From: an uncultured Chloroflexia bacterium
GTDB taxonomy: Bacteria > Chloroflexota > Dehalococcoidia > UBA2979
Reading direction: 5' to 3'
DNA length: 64,000 nucleotides
Assembly: GCA_963728205.1 (NCBI GenBank)
Contig: CAVSIV010000001.1
Span: forward strand, 640,001 to 704,000
Positions 1 to 8,820 of the stretch are shown here, in pieces (the first letter of the stretch is position 1; each line of letters opens with the position of its first letter). A program made the position numbers and the translations under genes. The notes beneath the pieces are model-generated. The model worked only from the letters and a program-made list of their open reading frames with translations. It had not been told where the DNA came from and searched no databases.

Positions 1-442
1 CGCCGTGCACGAGCAGCACCTCCCCCGGCTCGAGCCGCGCGCGGTGCCGCAGCGCCAGGTGCGACGTCGCGTAGACGACGGGGAACGCCGCGGCGGTGGC
101 GAAGTCCATGCCCGGCGGGATGCGCGCGACGTCGTCCGCGCGCGCGACGGCCTGCTCGGCGAACCCGCCGTGGTCGAGGAACGCGAGCACGCGGTCCCCC
201 GGCGCGACGCGCGTGACGCCGGGTGCGACCTCCGACACGACGCCGGCCGCCTCCATCCCCGGCGCGAAGGGGTGCGCGGGCTTCTCCTGGTACTCGCCGC
301 GCGTGATCAGCACGTCGGCGAAGTTCACGCCGGCCGCGTGCACGTCGATGCGCACGCCGCCGGCGGACAGCGTCGGCGGCGCGACGTCTTCGACGCGCAG
401 CGTCTCGATCTCGCCGGGGGCGTGGCAGACGACGGCGCGCAC
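1..442 (-). CDS. NADPH:quinone oxidoreductase / MDR-family protein (5' part; runs off the window edge)
   Basis: Not in the ORF track. Manual minus-strand translation from GTG 442 gives MRAVVCHAPGEIETLRVEDV...VHAAGVNFADVLITRGEYQEKP..PFAPGMEAAGVV...LEPGEVLLVHG; AGAGGA RBS upstream. Confidence 0.85.
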   Translation of the reverse strand, partial: MRAVVCHAPGEIETLRVEDVAPPTLSAGGVRIDVHAAGVNFADVLITRGEYQEKPAHPFAPGMEAAGVVSEVAPGVTRVAPGDRVLAFLDHGGFAEQAVARADDVARIPPGMDFATAAAFPVVYATSHLALRHRARLEPGEVLLVHG

Positions 443-604
443 GCACGGGCTCCTCTCGCGCGCCGCGATTCTACCGACGGGGAGGCGGGTTCGAGCGGCG
501 GCGGTGAAGGCGCCGGTCGAGCCCGCCAGCTTCATTCGCTGAATGCAGGGAGAACACCTGTGCTGATACCATCCGCCGCGGCGGGCGGAGCGGGGAGGTG
601 GACG

Positions 605-1132
605 ATGGCGACGTGGGGCGAGTTCGCCGGCGGTGCGGCCGGGCTGGTGGAGGTGCGACCGGACCGCGGCCCGGGCGCTGCGCCCGGGCCATGGGAGGCC
701 GTCGCGGGGGGCGCGGCCGCGATGGCGGCGGCCGGTGAGCGGCTGCTCAACGCGCCGCCGGTCGGCATCGCGCTGCTCGCGACGGTCTCGTCCGCCGGCC
801 GGCCGCGCGTGCACCCGTTCATGCCGCGCGTGATCGACGGCCGGCTGTGGGCCTTTGTGATCGCCGACTCGCCCAAGGCGCGCGACCTGCTGAGCCGCCC
901 GTACACAATGCACTCGCAGCCGACCGACGAGGACGAGGAGTTCTGGGTGAGCGGCCGCGCGCACGCAGTCGATGACGCCGCTACGGTCGCCCGCCTCGCC
1001 GCGGTCATGGAGTGGGCCCGTACCGACGAGGAGCGGCTCTTCGCCTTCGACGTCGAGCTGGCCGGCTGGACCCGCTGGCTCGACTTCACGAAGCCGGGCC
1101 ACCGCCCGCTGCACGAGCGCTGGCGCGCGTAA
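605..1132 (+). CDS. Pyridoxamine 5'-phosphate oxidase-like (split-barrel) protein
   Basis: MATWGEF...LATVSSAGRPRVHP...SPKARDL motif; GGGAGGT RBS before ATG 605. Confidence 0.7.
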   Translation: MATWGEFAGGAAGLVEVRPDRGPGAAPGPWEAVAGGAAAMAAAGERLLNAPPVGIALLATVSSAGRPRVHPFMPRVIDGRLWAFVIADSPKARDLLSRPYTMHSQPTDEDEEFWVSGRAHAVDDAATVARLAAVMEWARTDEERLFAFDVELAGWTRWLDFTKPGHRPLHERWRA

Positions 1133-1147
1133 CTCCCGCGGACCCAC

Positions 1148-1223
1148 AGCGGTGGCAGACATGCCGCCGACAGGTCGCGGCTGCGAAGGCCGCGTTCGCG
1201 TCGGCGGCATCTCTGCCACCGCT
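1148..1223. repeat. REP-like inverted repeat, family 1
   Basis: AGCGGTGGCAGACATGCCGCCGA ... TCGGCGGCATCTCTGCCACCGCT; the same arm recurs at 13309, 17227 and 39058. Confidence 0.7.
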
Positions 1224-1311
1224 TTGTCGACAAGTCCCGCGCTCAGCACGCCCACCGCGGACCGGGTGACGGCGTGCCCTATCATCGCGGCGCAGCGAGG
1301 GGGTGTGCGTG

Positions 1312-2913
1312 ATGACGACCGGCACGAAGCGAAAGCCCAGCCTCTGGATCTTCGGGCTGGAGTCCGAGGAGCCCACGTACGAGGAGCGCGTCGCGCACGC
1401 GTCGAAGCTCTCGTCGCAGCTCGGCGTGACGCTCACCGCGCCGCGCATCCCGACCGCCGACGAGCTCACGCTGCGCGCGCCGCGCATCCAGCCGCCCGCC
1501 GCGCTCGCGGCGTTCTGCATGCAGGACAACTGGGAGCGCGCCTTCCACGCCTACGGCGCCGATCGCAGCCAGTACGCCGTCTACGGCGAGTACCCGAACC
1601 CGCCCGACGTCGTCGCGCATCCGCGTACCGAGGCCGAGCTCGAGGCCACGCTCGAGTGGTGCTCGGACGCCGGGCACATCGTCGTGCCCTACGGGGGCGG
1701 CTCGTCGGTCGTCGAAGGCGTCACCCCACCGGCCGACCGCGGCCCGGTCGTGACCATCGACATGGACCGCTTCGACCGCGTGCTCGAGATCGACGAGGTC
1801 TCGCGCGCGGCGCGCATCCAGGCCGGCGTCTTCGGCCCGCACCTGGAGGACCAGCTGCGCTCGCACGGCTACACGCTGCGCCACTTCCCCCAGTCGTTCG
1901 CGCACTCGACGCTCGGCGGCTGGATCGCAACGCGTTCGGGCGGCCACTACGCGACGAACCACACGCACATCGACGAGTTCGTGGAGTCGGCGCGCATGCT
2001 CACGCCGCGCGGGTGGTGGGAGCCGCGCCGCCTCCCCGCGCACGGCGCCGGCCCCGACGCCAATCGCATCGCGATCGGCAGCGAGGGCATCCTCGGCATC
2101 ATCACCGAGGCGTGGATGCGCATCCAGGCGCGCCCGAAGTTCCGCGCGACGGCCGGCGTCCGCTTCCCCTCGTGGCGCGAGGCGTACGAGGGCGCGCGCC
2201 ACATCGTGCAGGCCAAGCTGTGGCCCGCGAACCTGCGCGCGCTCGATCCCGAGCTGGCGCGCAGCGGCGCCGGCATGGACGGCACCGAGGCGCTGCTGAT
2301 CGTCGGCTTCGAGTCGGCCGAGCTGTCGCAGCGGGGGCCGATCGCGCAGGCGGTGGAGATCGCACGCGCGTACGGCGGGATCGTCGACGACGACGAGGTG
2401 CAGATCGACGACGGCACCGGCCAGCCGACGGGGCGCGGCGGCGCGGTCGGCGCATGGCGCGACACGTTCATCCCGCGCGGCGGCGGGCTCGCCGCCGGCC
2501 TGGGCATGGTGGGCGGCACGTTCGAGACGGCGATCACGTGGGACCGCTGGCCGGAGTTCGACGCGACGGTGCGCGAGCGCACGATGCGCGCGTTGAACGA
2601 GATCTTCGGCGGCGGCACGCTGAACTGCCGCTTCACCCACGTCTACACCGACGGGCCCGCGCCGTACTACACGTACTCCGGTGCCTACCGCGCCGGCGAC
2701 TGGCGTGAGCAGCAGCGCCAGCTCAAGCAGGCGGCGTCCGAGGCGATCATGGACGCGGGCGGCACGATCACGCACCACCACGCGGTCGGCCGCCAGCATC
2801 GCCCGTGGTACGACGTCGAGCGCCCGGAGCTGTTCGCCGACGTGCTGCGCGCAGCCAAGCGCACGCTCGACCCGAACGGGGTGCTCAACCCCGGCGTGCT
2901 GATCGACCCGTAG
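1312..2913 (+). CDS. FAD-binding oxidoreductase (alkyl-DHAP synthase-like, FAD_binding_4 + FAD-oxidase_C)
   Basis: PYGGGSSV, STLGGWIAT, GSEGILGIITE, and C-terminal HHHAVG...DPNGVLNPG. Confidence 0.85.
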   Translation: MTTGTKRKPSLWIFGLESEEPTYEERVAHASKLSSQLGVTLTAPRIPTADELTLRAPRIQPPAALAAFCMQDNWERAFHAYGADRSQYAVYGEYPNPPDVVAHPRTEAELEATLEWCSDAGHIVVPYGGGSSVVEGVTPPADRGPVVTIDMDRFDRVLEIDEVSRAARIQAGVFGPHLEDQLRSHGYTLRHFPQSFAHSTLGGWIATRSGGHYATNHTHIDEFVESARMLTPRGWWEPRRLPAHGAGPDANRIAIGSEGILGIITEAWMRIQARPKFRATAGVRFPSWREAYEGARHIVQAKLWPANLRALDPELARSGAGMDGTEALLIVGFESAELSQRGPIAQAVEIARAYGGIVDDDEVQIDDGTGQPTGRGGAVGAWRDTFIPRGGGLAAGLGMVGGTFETAITWDRWPEFDATVRERTMRALNEIFGGGTLNCRFTHVYTDGPAPYYTYSGAYRAGDWREQQRQLKQAASEAIMDAGGTITHHHAVGRQHRPWYDVERPELFADVLRAAKRTLDPNGVLNPGVLIDP

Positions 2914-2920
2914 CCGCGCG

Positions 2921-4096
2921 ATGACGCCGGCCGCCGCCCCCGACTTCGAACGCGCGCTGGAGCGAGCGGTCCCGTCGACGATCGACGAGGCGATCCGCAT
3001 CTGCGAGATCCCCGCGCCGTCGTTCCACGAGCACGACCGCGCGGCCCACGTGCACGCGCGGCTTGCCGAGATCGACGGCTGGGCGTCGCTGCAGACCGAC
3101 TCCCTGGCCAACGTGGTGGGCGTGCGTCGCGGCGCGCCCGGCCGGGCGCGCGTGCTCGTGGCGGCGCACCTCGACACGGTGTTCCCGGACGCGTCGACGC
3201 CGGTCGTGCGCGAGCGCGGCCGGCTCGTCGGCCGCGGCATCGGCGACAACTCCGTGGCGGTCGCGGCGCTGATCGCGGTCGCGCGGGCGCTGGCGGCGAC
3301 GCGCCCGCGCGGGGTCGGCGACCTGATCCTGGCGGCGAACGTCTGCGAGGAGGGGCGCGGCGACCTGCGCGGCATCCGCCGGCTGTGCGACGACCTTCGC
3401 GGCGAGTACGACGCCGTGATCGCCGTCGAAGGGCTGTCGCTGCATCGCATCCAGACGCGCGGCGTCGCGAGCCTGCGCTACGAGGTCGCGGTGGCGACCG
3501 CCGGCGGCCACTCGTGGGGCGCGTACGGCCGGCCGAACGCGATCGCGATCCTCGCGCGGGCGATCGCCGCGCTCGAGCCGCTGATGCCGGCGGTGGGCGT
3601 GGAGCCCAAGACGACGATGAACGTCGGCGTGATTCGCGGCGGTCGCTCCGTGAACACGATCGCGCCGGAGGCGGCGTTCGAGCTCGACATGCGCTCCGAG
3701 GACCCGGCGGCTCTCGCGACGCTCGACCGCGCCGTGAAGCGCGCGCTGCGGGACGCCGTGCAGGCGGCGCCCATCGCCGAGGGCGAGGAGCGACCGGCGC
3801 TCTCGATCCGGCGCATCGGCAACAGGCCGGGCGGTGCGGTCGCGGAGACGCTGCCGCTGATCGCGGCGATCCAGCGCGCGCGGGCGGCGAGCGGCCTCGC
3901 GCCGGCGCCGTACAACGCGGGCTCCACCGACGCGAACTACCCGATGTCGCTCGGCGTGCCGGCGACCTGCATCGGCGTCACGACCGGGGGCGAGGCGCAC
4001 ACGCCGCGCGAGTGGATGCGGACGGGGCCGCTGCGCCGCGGCCTGCCCTACCTCGGCCGCGCGATCGCCGCGGTCGCGCGGCTGCCGCGCGAGTAG
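2921..4096 (+). CDS. M20/M25/M40 family metallo-hydrolase
   Basis: AHLDTVF, GIGDN, EEGRG, GGHSW, STDAN and AHT metal-site motifs. Confidence 0.85.
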   Translation: MTPAAAPDFERALERAVPSTIDEAIRICEIPAPSFHEHDRAAHVHARLAEIDGWASLQTDSLANVVGVRRGAPGRARVLVAAHLDTVFPDASTPVVRERGRLVGRGIGDNSVAVAALIAVARALAATRPRGVGDLILAANVCEEGRGDLRGIRRLCDDLRGEYDAVIAVEGLSLHRIQTRGVASLRYEVAVATAGGHSWGAYGRPNAIAILARAIAALEPLMPAVGVEPKTTMNVGVIRGGRSVNTIAPEAAFELDMRSEDPAALATLDRAVKRALRDAVQAAPIAEGEERPALSIRRIGNRPGGAVAETLPLIAAIQRARAASGLAPAPYNAGSTDANYPMSLGVPATCIGVTTGGEAHTPREWMRTGPLRRGLPYLGRAIAAVARLPRE

Positions 4097-4126
4097 CGCT
4101 CCCCCGACGCTCGAACCAGCCGGCGA

Positions 4127-5569
4127 TCAGCCGCGCTCGCTCTCGCCGGCGTCGACGTACCAGGACGCACCGACGCGCGCCGTTCGCACCTCCTGGCGGA
4201 ACGCGCCGACGTGCGACGTGAGCGTGCGCCGCTCGACCGCGACGCCCGCCGCTTCGGGCCCGTCGCGCAGCGCCTCGACGAGCACGCGCCCGTCGAGCGG
4301 CGCGGCGGGGCGCAGCCCCATCGCGTGGAGCAGCGTCGGGGTGATGTCCGTATTGCCGGCCGGGAGCGGGTCGACCAGCCCGCGCCGGAAGTCGGGGCCG
4401 GCGGCAATCAGCGTGTTACGCACCTCCCACGGGCTGAGCGCGCCGTGGTTCGCGCGGGAGGCACCGCCGGCAGAGCGACGCGTGCCGGGGTAGCCGTGCT
4501 CGTTCGCCTCGTCCGACCACGCGAGCGAGAACAGCACGTCGGGCTCGAGGTCGCCGCCGTGCCCCACCTCCGACATTGCGAGCGTGCCGGGCAGCGGCCG
4601 CTCGCCGCGCGGCCCGGTGAAGATGCAGCCGACGCCGTCCAGCCCGGTCAGCACCTCGACGACGCGGGCCACGCGGTCGGCGCCGCCCTCGCGGACGTAG
4701 AGCCCGGAGCCGCCGGCCGCGATCACGTCGGTGCTCTCGGGTGACGTCTTCACGCCGGCGGCGACGAGCGCGTCGGTGACATCGACCGGGGGCCCCATCG
4801 TCGAGAAGCCGTGATCGGAGGTGACGACGACGTCGGTGGTGTCGCGCAGGCCGGCGCGGTCGAGCGCGTCGAGGATCGCGCCGAGGTGGTCGTCGGCGTC
4901 GCGCACGGCGCGCAGGGTCTCGGGGTGGCCGACCCCGTGCCGGTGCTCGGTGCGGTCCGGGTCGGTGTGCCAGTAGGTGACGAGATCAGTCCCGGCGGGA
5001 AGCAGGACGTCGGTGATGAGCCGCGTGAAGTAGGCGTTCTGCGCGGTGTTGGGGAGGTCGCCTTCGGGCATCGAGCCGAGGGCGGCCTCCATCGCCTCGC
5101 GCGTCGTGCCGGCCCACAGCGCCTGGTTGTAGATCACGCCGCCGGCGCGCTCGACCTCGGGGTGCTGGAGGAAGCTCGAGCCCGGGCTGCCGGTGCCGAC
5201 GATTGCCGCGGTACCGCCGGCCGCGAGCACCGCCTCGGCGAGCGTCGGGCGCAGGAGGAGTCGGCCGCCGCGGTGCGCGCGGACGCGGGCGAGGTGCGCG
5301 AAGTCGGCCGACGTCAGCGCCTCGCGGTCGCCGGGCAGCACGAAGTTGTTGTCGGGCATGCCGTGGCTGCGCGGCAGCGCGCCGGTCGCGATCGATGCCG
5401 AGTTGCAGCGCGTGACGGTGGGGAAGACGGCGTGGCTGTCGGGGAAGCGAACGCCGTCGGCGGCGAGCGCGTGCAGGCGCGGCGTTGTCTCCGCGGTCAC
5501 GAAGTCGGGCCGCAGGCCGTCCCACACCATCACGATCGCGCGGCGTCGCAGTCGCGGCGCGTCGACCAT
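4127..5569 (-). CDS. Alkaline phosphatase superfamily (type I phosphodiesterase / nucleotide pyrophosphatase)
   Basis: DGLRPD, FPTVTRCN, DPDRTEH, TSDHG motifs. Confidence 0.85.
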   Translation of the reverse strand: MVDAPRLRRRAIVMVWDGLRPDFVTAETTPRLHALAADGVRFPDSHAVFPTVTRCNSASIATGALPRSHGMPDNNFVLPGDREALTSADFAHLARVRAHRGGRLLLRPTLAEAVLAAGGTAAIVGTGSPGSSFLQHPEVERAGGVIYNQALWAGTTREAMEAALGSMPEGDLPNTAQNAYFTRLITDVLLPAGTDLVTYWHTDPDRTEHRHGVGHPETLRAVRDADDHLGAILDALDRAGLRDTTDVVVTSDHGFSTMGPPVDVTDALVAAGVKTSPESTDVIAAGGSGLYVREGGADRVARVVEVLTGLDGVGCIFTGPRGERPLPGTLAMSEVGHGGDLEPDVLFSLAWSDEANEHGYPGTRRSAGGASRANHGALSPWEVRNTLIAAGPDFRRGLVDPLPAGNTDITPTLLHAMGLRPAAPLDGRVLVEALRDGPEAAGVAVERRTLTSHVGAFRQEVRTARVGASWYVDAGESERG

Positions 5570-5701
5570 CGCAGGCTCCTTTCCGGGGCAGGCGCATCCT
5601 ACGCGGTCAGGGAGTAGGGCTCGCGAACTCCGTCTTCGCGGCGCTCTTGCGACGTCGTGGTGACATCACTATGATGTCGCACGGCTGGAGAGGAGGGCGC
5701 C

Positions 5702-6697
5702 ATGCAGGTGAAGGCGCCGGTCCGAGAGGGCGGGGTGCGACCGCGCTGGGACGCGCCGCTTGTCGTCGACCGCGTGACGAAGGCGTACCGGGGTGGAGTG
5801 CGCGCGAACGACGAGGTGTCGCTGCGGGTCGAGCCCGGCGAGGTGTACGGGCTGCTGGGGCCGAACGGGGCGGGGAAGAGCACGCTCGTCGGCCAGATCA
5901 TCGGCCTGCTCGCGCCCAATAGCGGCACGATCCACCTCGGTGAGACCGATCTGATCGCCGACCCGGGCGTGGCACGCCAGCTGTGCGCGTACCTGCCGCA
6001 GGCGCAGCTGCCGATCGAATCGCTGCGCGCCGAGGAGGCGATCGAGCTGGTGGGCCGCATGCGCGGCGGGCGCCGCGCCGACGTGCGCGCGCGGCGGGAC
6101 GCGCTGCTGTCGGCGCTGGACATCGAGCCGTGGCGACGCCAGATGGGGGCGAGCCTCTCGGGCGGCGTGAAGCGGCTCGTGGGGTTCGTGATGGCCGCGA
6201 TCGTGCCGCGGCCGCTGGTGATCCTGGACGAGCCGACGAACGACGTCGACCCGGTGCGCCGGCGCCTGCTGTGGCAGCAGATCCGCGCGCTGGGCGCGGC
6301 CGGCTCCACGGTGCTGCTCGTGACGCACAACGTGCTCGAGGCGGAGCGCGCGGTGGAGCGGCTCGCGATGATGCGGGCCGGCCGCATCGTGGCCCAGGGC
6401 ACGCCGGCGACGCTGAAGGCATCGCTCCGCGGCCAGCTGCGGCTCGAGGTCGTGCTGGAGCCGACCGCCGACGAGCCGGCGCCGCCGGGGTTTGCGCCCG
6501 CGCCCGTGCGCGTGGGGCGGCGGCTCATCTACACGCTGGACGAGACGGCCGCGACGGACGCCATCGAGTGGGCGCGCGGCCTCACGGCGTGGGGCGTGGC
6601 ACAGGAGTTCGACCTGGGGGCGTCGAGCCTCGAGGAGGTCTACGTGCGGCTCGTGGGCGGCGCGGACGAGGCGGGCGAGGAGGCCGGTGGTGCATAG
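5702..6697 (+). CDS. ABC transporter ATP-binding protein
   Basis: Walker A GPNGAGKS, LSGG signature, ILDEPT Walker B. Confidence 0.9.
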   Translation: MQVKAPVREGGVRPRWDAPLVVDRVTKAYRGGVRANDEVSLRVEPGEVYGLLGPNGAGKSTLVGQIIGLLAPNSGTIHLGETDLIADPGVARQLCAYLPQAQLPIESLRAEEAIELVGRMRGGRRADVRARRDALLSALDIEPWRRQMGASLSGGVKRLVGFVMAAIVPRPLVILDEPTNDVDPVRRRLLWQQIRALGAAGSTVLLVTHNVLEAERAVERLAMMRAGRIVAQGTPATLKASLRGQLRLEVVLEPTADEPAPPGFAPAPVRVGRRLIYTLDETAATDAIEWARGLTAWGVAQEFDLGASSLEEVYVRLVGGADEAGEEAGGA

Positions 6698-7499
6698 CGC
6701 GGCGACGGCGAGCGCGATCGCGGACCGAGACGCGCCGACGGTCGGCGTGCGTCGTGGCGTCGGCTACTGGCTGACTTCGTACTGGATGATGCTGCGCTGG
6801 GAGCTGCTCAGCATGCGGCTCTTCCTGCCGATGATGGTCGCCGTGCAGTTCTTCATCGGCGCCGGCATGGTCGTCGGGCTCGGCTTCCTGTTCGACCACA
6901 TCCCGCCGCAGCAGGCGCTCTACCTCTCGACGGGTGGCGCCGTGATCCCCCTGCTCACGCTCGGGCTGGTGATGGTTCCGCAGGAGGTCGCCGGCCACAA
7001 GCTGGAGGGCACGTACGACTTCCTGTGGTCGCTCCCGGTGCCGCGCATGACGACCTACCTGGCCGGAGTCACGGTGTGGACGGTGGTGTCGCTGCCGGCT
7101 GGCGTCGCGGCGCTGCTGGTGGCGGCGTGGCGGTTCCAGATCCACTTCGACGTCAGCCCGCTCGTCGTGCCCGCGGCGACGCTCGTCGTGGTGGTGGCGA
7201 CCGCCATCGGCTACGCATTCGCCCATGCCGTCCCCAACCCGCGCGTCACGAACCTGATCACGCAGGTGCTGATCTTCGCGATCGTGATCTTCTCGCCGAT
7301 CAACTTCCCGTCGAACCGGCTGCCCGACTGGCTCGCGTGGGTGCACCAGTGGCTGCCGTTCGAGTCGTCCGCGATCGTGATGCGTGGGACGCTCGCCGAC
7401 GGGCTCGTTGAGAGCATGACGCGGGCGTTCATCGTGCTCGGGGTGTGGGCGGTGATGTCGTGGGTCGTGACCTACCGGGTGCTCTCGCGGCGCGGGTAG
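6690..7499 (+). CDS. ABC-2 type permease
   Basis: About six hydrophobic segments, LPDWLAWVHQWLP; GTG start overlaps the ATPase stop. Confidence 0.85.
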   Translation: MHSAATASAIADRDAPTVGVRRGVGYWLTSYWMMLRWELLSMRLFLPMMVAVQFFIGAGMVVGLGFLFDHIPPQQALYLSTGGAVIPLLTLGLVMVPQEVAGHKLEGTYDFLWSLPVPRMTTYLAGVTVWTVVSLPAGVAALLVAAWRFQIHFDVSPLVVPAATLVVVVATAIGYAFAHAVPNPRVTNLITQVLIFAIVIFSPINFPSNRLPDWLAWVHQWLPFESSAIVMRGTLADGLVESMTRAFIVLGVWAVMSWVVTYRVLSRRG

Positions 7500-7531
7500 G
7501 CGCGACGCGAGAGGACCCGGCGGCCGCGGAC

Positions 7532-8077
7532 TCAGGCCTGCGCCGCGGCGGGGACGCTCTCCACGATCTCCGCGGTGATCGTCAGCCGCACCTTCTTGCC
7601 GACGAGCCAGCCGCCCGACTCGAGCGCCACGTTCCAGTTCAGGCCGAACTCGCCTCGCTCGAGCTCGGTGGTGAGCTCGAAGCCGGCGCGGCGGCCGCCC
7701 CACGGGTCGGCGACCGGGCCGCTGAACTCGCCGCGGAGCGTCACGGGGCGCGTCACGTCGCGGATCGTCAGGTCGCCGGCGATCTCGACCGCGTCGTCGC
7801 CGACGCGCCGCACCTCGGTGCTGCGGAACGTGATCTGCGGGTGGTGCTCGACGTCGAGGAAGTCCGGCGACTTCACGTGCGCATCGCGCTCGGCGTTCCG
7901 CGTGTCGATGCTCGCCGCGTCGATGCGCGCCTCGACGTGCGACCGCTCGGGGTGGTCGGCGTCGATGTCGATGTCCGCCTCGACGCCGTGGAACTGCCCC
8001 TTCACGGTCGTGACCATCATGTGGCGGGCGGAGAAGCCGACCTCGGTGTGTGCGGCGTCCAGGGTCCAGCGGCTCAT
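7532..8077 (-). CDS. YceI family protein
   Basis: WTLDAAHTEVGFSARHM, IDTRNAERDAHVKSPDFLD, GDLTIRDVT. Confidence 0.9.
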   Translation of the reverse strand: MSRWTLDAAHTEVGFSARHMMVTTVKGQFHGVEADIDIDADHPERSHVEARIDAASIDTRNAERDAHVKSPDFLDVEHHPQITFRSTEVRRVGDDAVEIAGDLTIRDVTRPVTLRGEFSGPVADPWGGRRAGFELTTELERGEFGLNWNVALESGGWLVGKKVRLTITAEIVESVPAAAQA

Positions 8078-8203
8078 CGTGATCTCCTCTGCTGCGAATC
8101 GGGTGGTGCGTGGGGCATGCGTGCATCGCCGTCGTAGTTACGTGTCGTATGTCGCATACCATCGGTAAGTCACGATAGGGGAGTAAGTTACGAACGTCAA
8201 GCA

Positions 8204-8220
8204 CCTTACGCTGCGTAAGG
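8204..8220. promoter_or_regulatory. Palindromic operator between divergent yceI-like and HxlR genes
   Basis: CCTTACG-CTG-CGTAAGG (TTAC-N5-GTAA) in an AT-enriched intergenic region, with additional GTAAGT(T/C)AC half-sites upstream. Confidence 0.55.
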
Positions 8221-8240
8221 AGATCGACTATGCTTGCTGC

Positions 8241-8588
8241 ATGACGACCGACGAGCCGCTCAGCCCGTTCTGCCCGAAGTTCCACCACGCCGTCGAGGTG
8301 ATCGGCCGGCGATGGACGGGCGCGATCCTGCGGGCCATGCTCTCGGGCACCGAGCGCTTCAGCGAGATCGCCGCGACGGTCCCGGGCCTCAGCGACCGGC
8401 TGCTCTCGGAGCGGCTGAAGGAGCTCGAGGCGGAGGGCATCGCGGAGCGCGTGGTGATCCCCGAGACGCCGGTGCGCATCGAGTACCGGCTGACGGCGAA
8501 GGGCCGCGACCTGGGCGCGGCAATCGAGGCGCTCTCGGCCTGGGCGGACCGCTGGGCCGACGCGCCTGCCGACGAGGTGCCGGCCTAG
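8241..8588 (+). CDS. HxlR/DUF24 family winged-helix regulator
   Basis: N-terminal Cys (FCP), IGRRW, RFSEI, LSERLKELE, EYRLTAKG. Confidence 0.9.
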   Translation: MTTDEPLSPFCPKFHHAVEVIGRRWTGAILRAMLSGTERFSEIAATVPGLSDRLLSERLKELEAEGIAERVVIPETPVRIEYRLTAKGRDLGAAIEALSAWADRWADAPADEVPA

Positions 8589-8820
8589 CCTCGACGCATC
8601 CTTTGCGCCGCGTCAGGTCACGGCGCCGTCGTGTGAGGCGCAGCGACCGGCGCCTTCACGAGGCGCCATTCAAGGCCGGCGCCGCGCGAGATGCGCGCTG
8701 TTGGTTGCTCCCCACCGAGCGCCCCCTGACAATCACGTTCACCCACTTCGCCACGTGTGCGCCGCGCGACCGCATCGGCCGGGTCGCCCGGGCCCGGCCT
8801 ACCCCGAACGGTGGTTCGCG

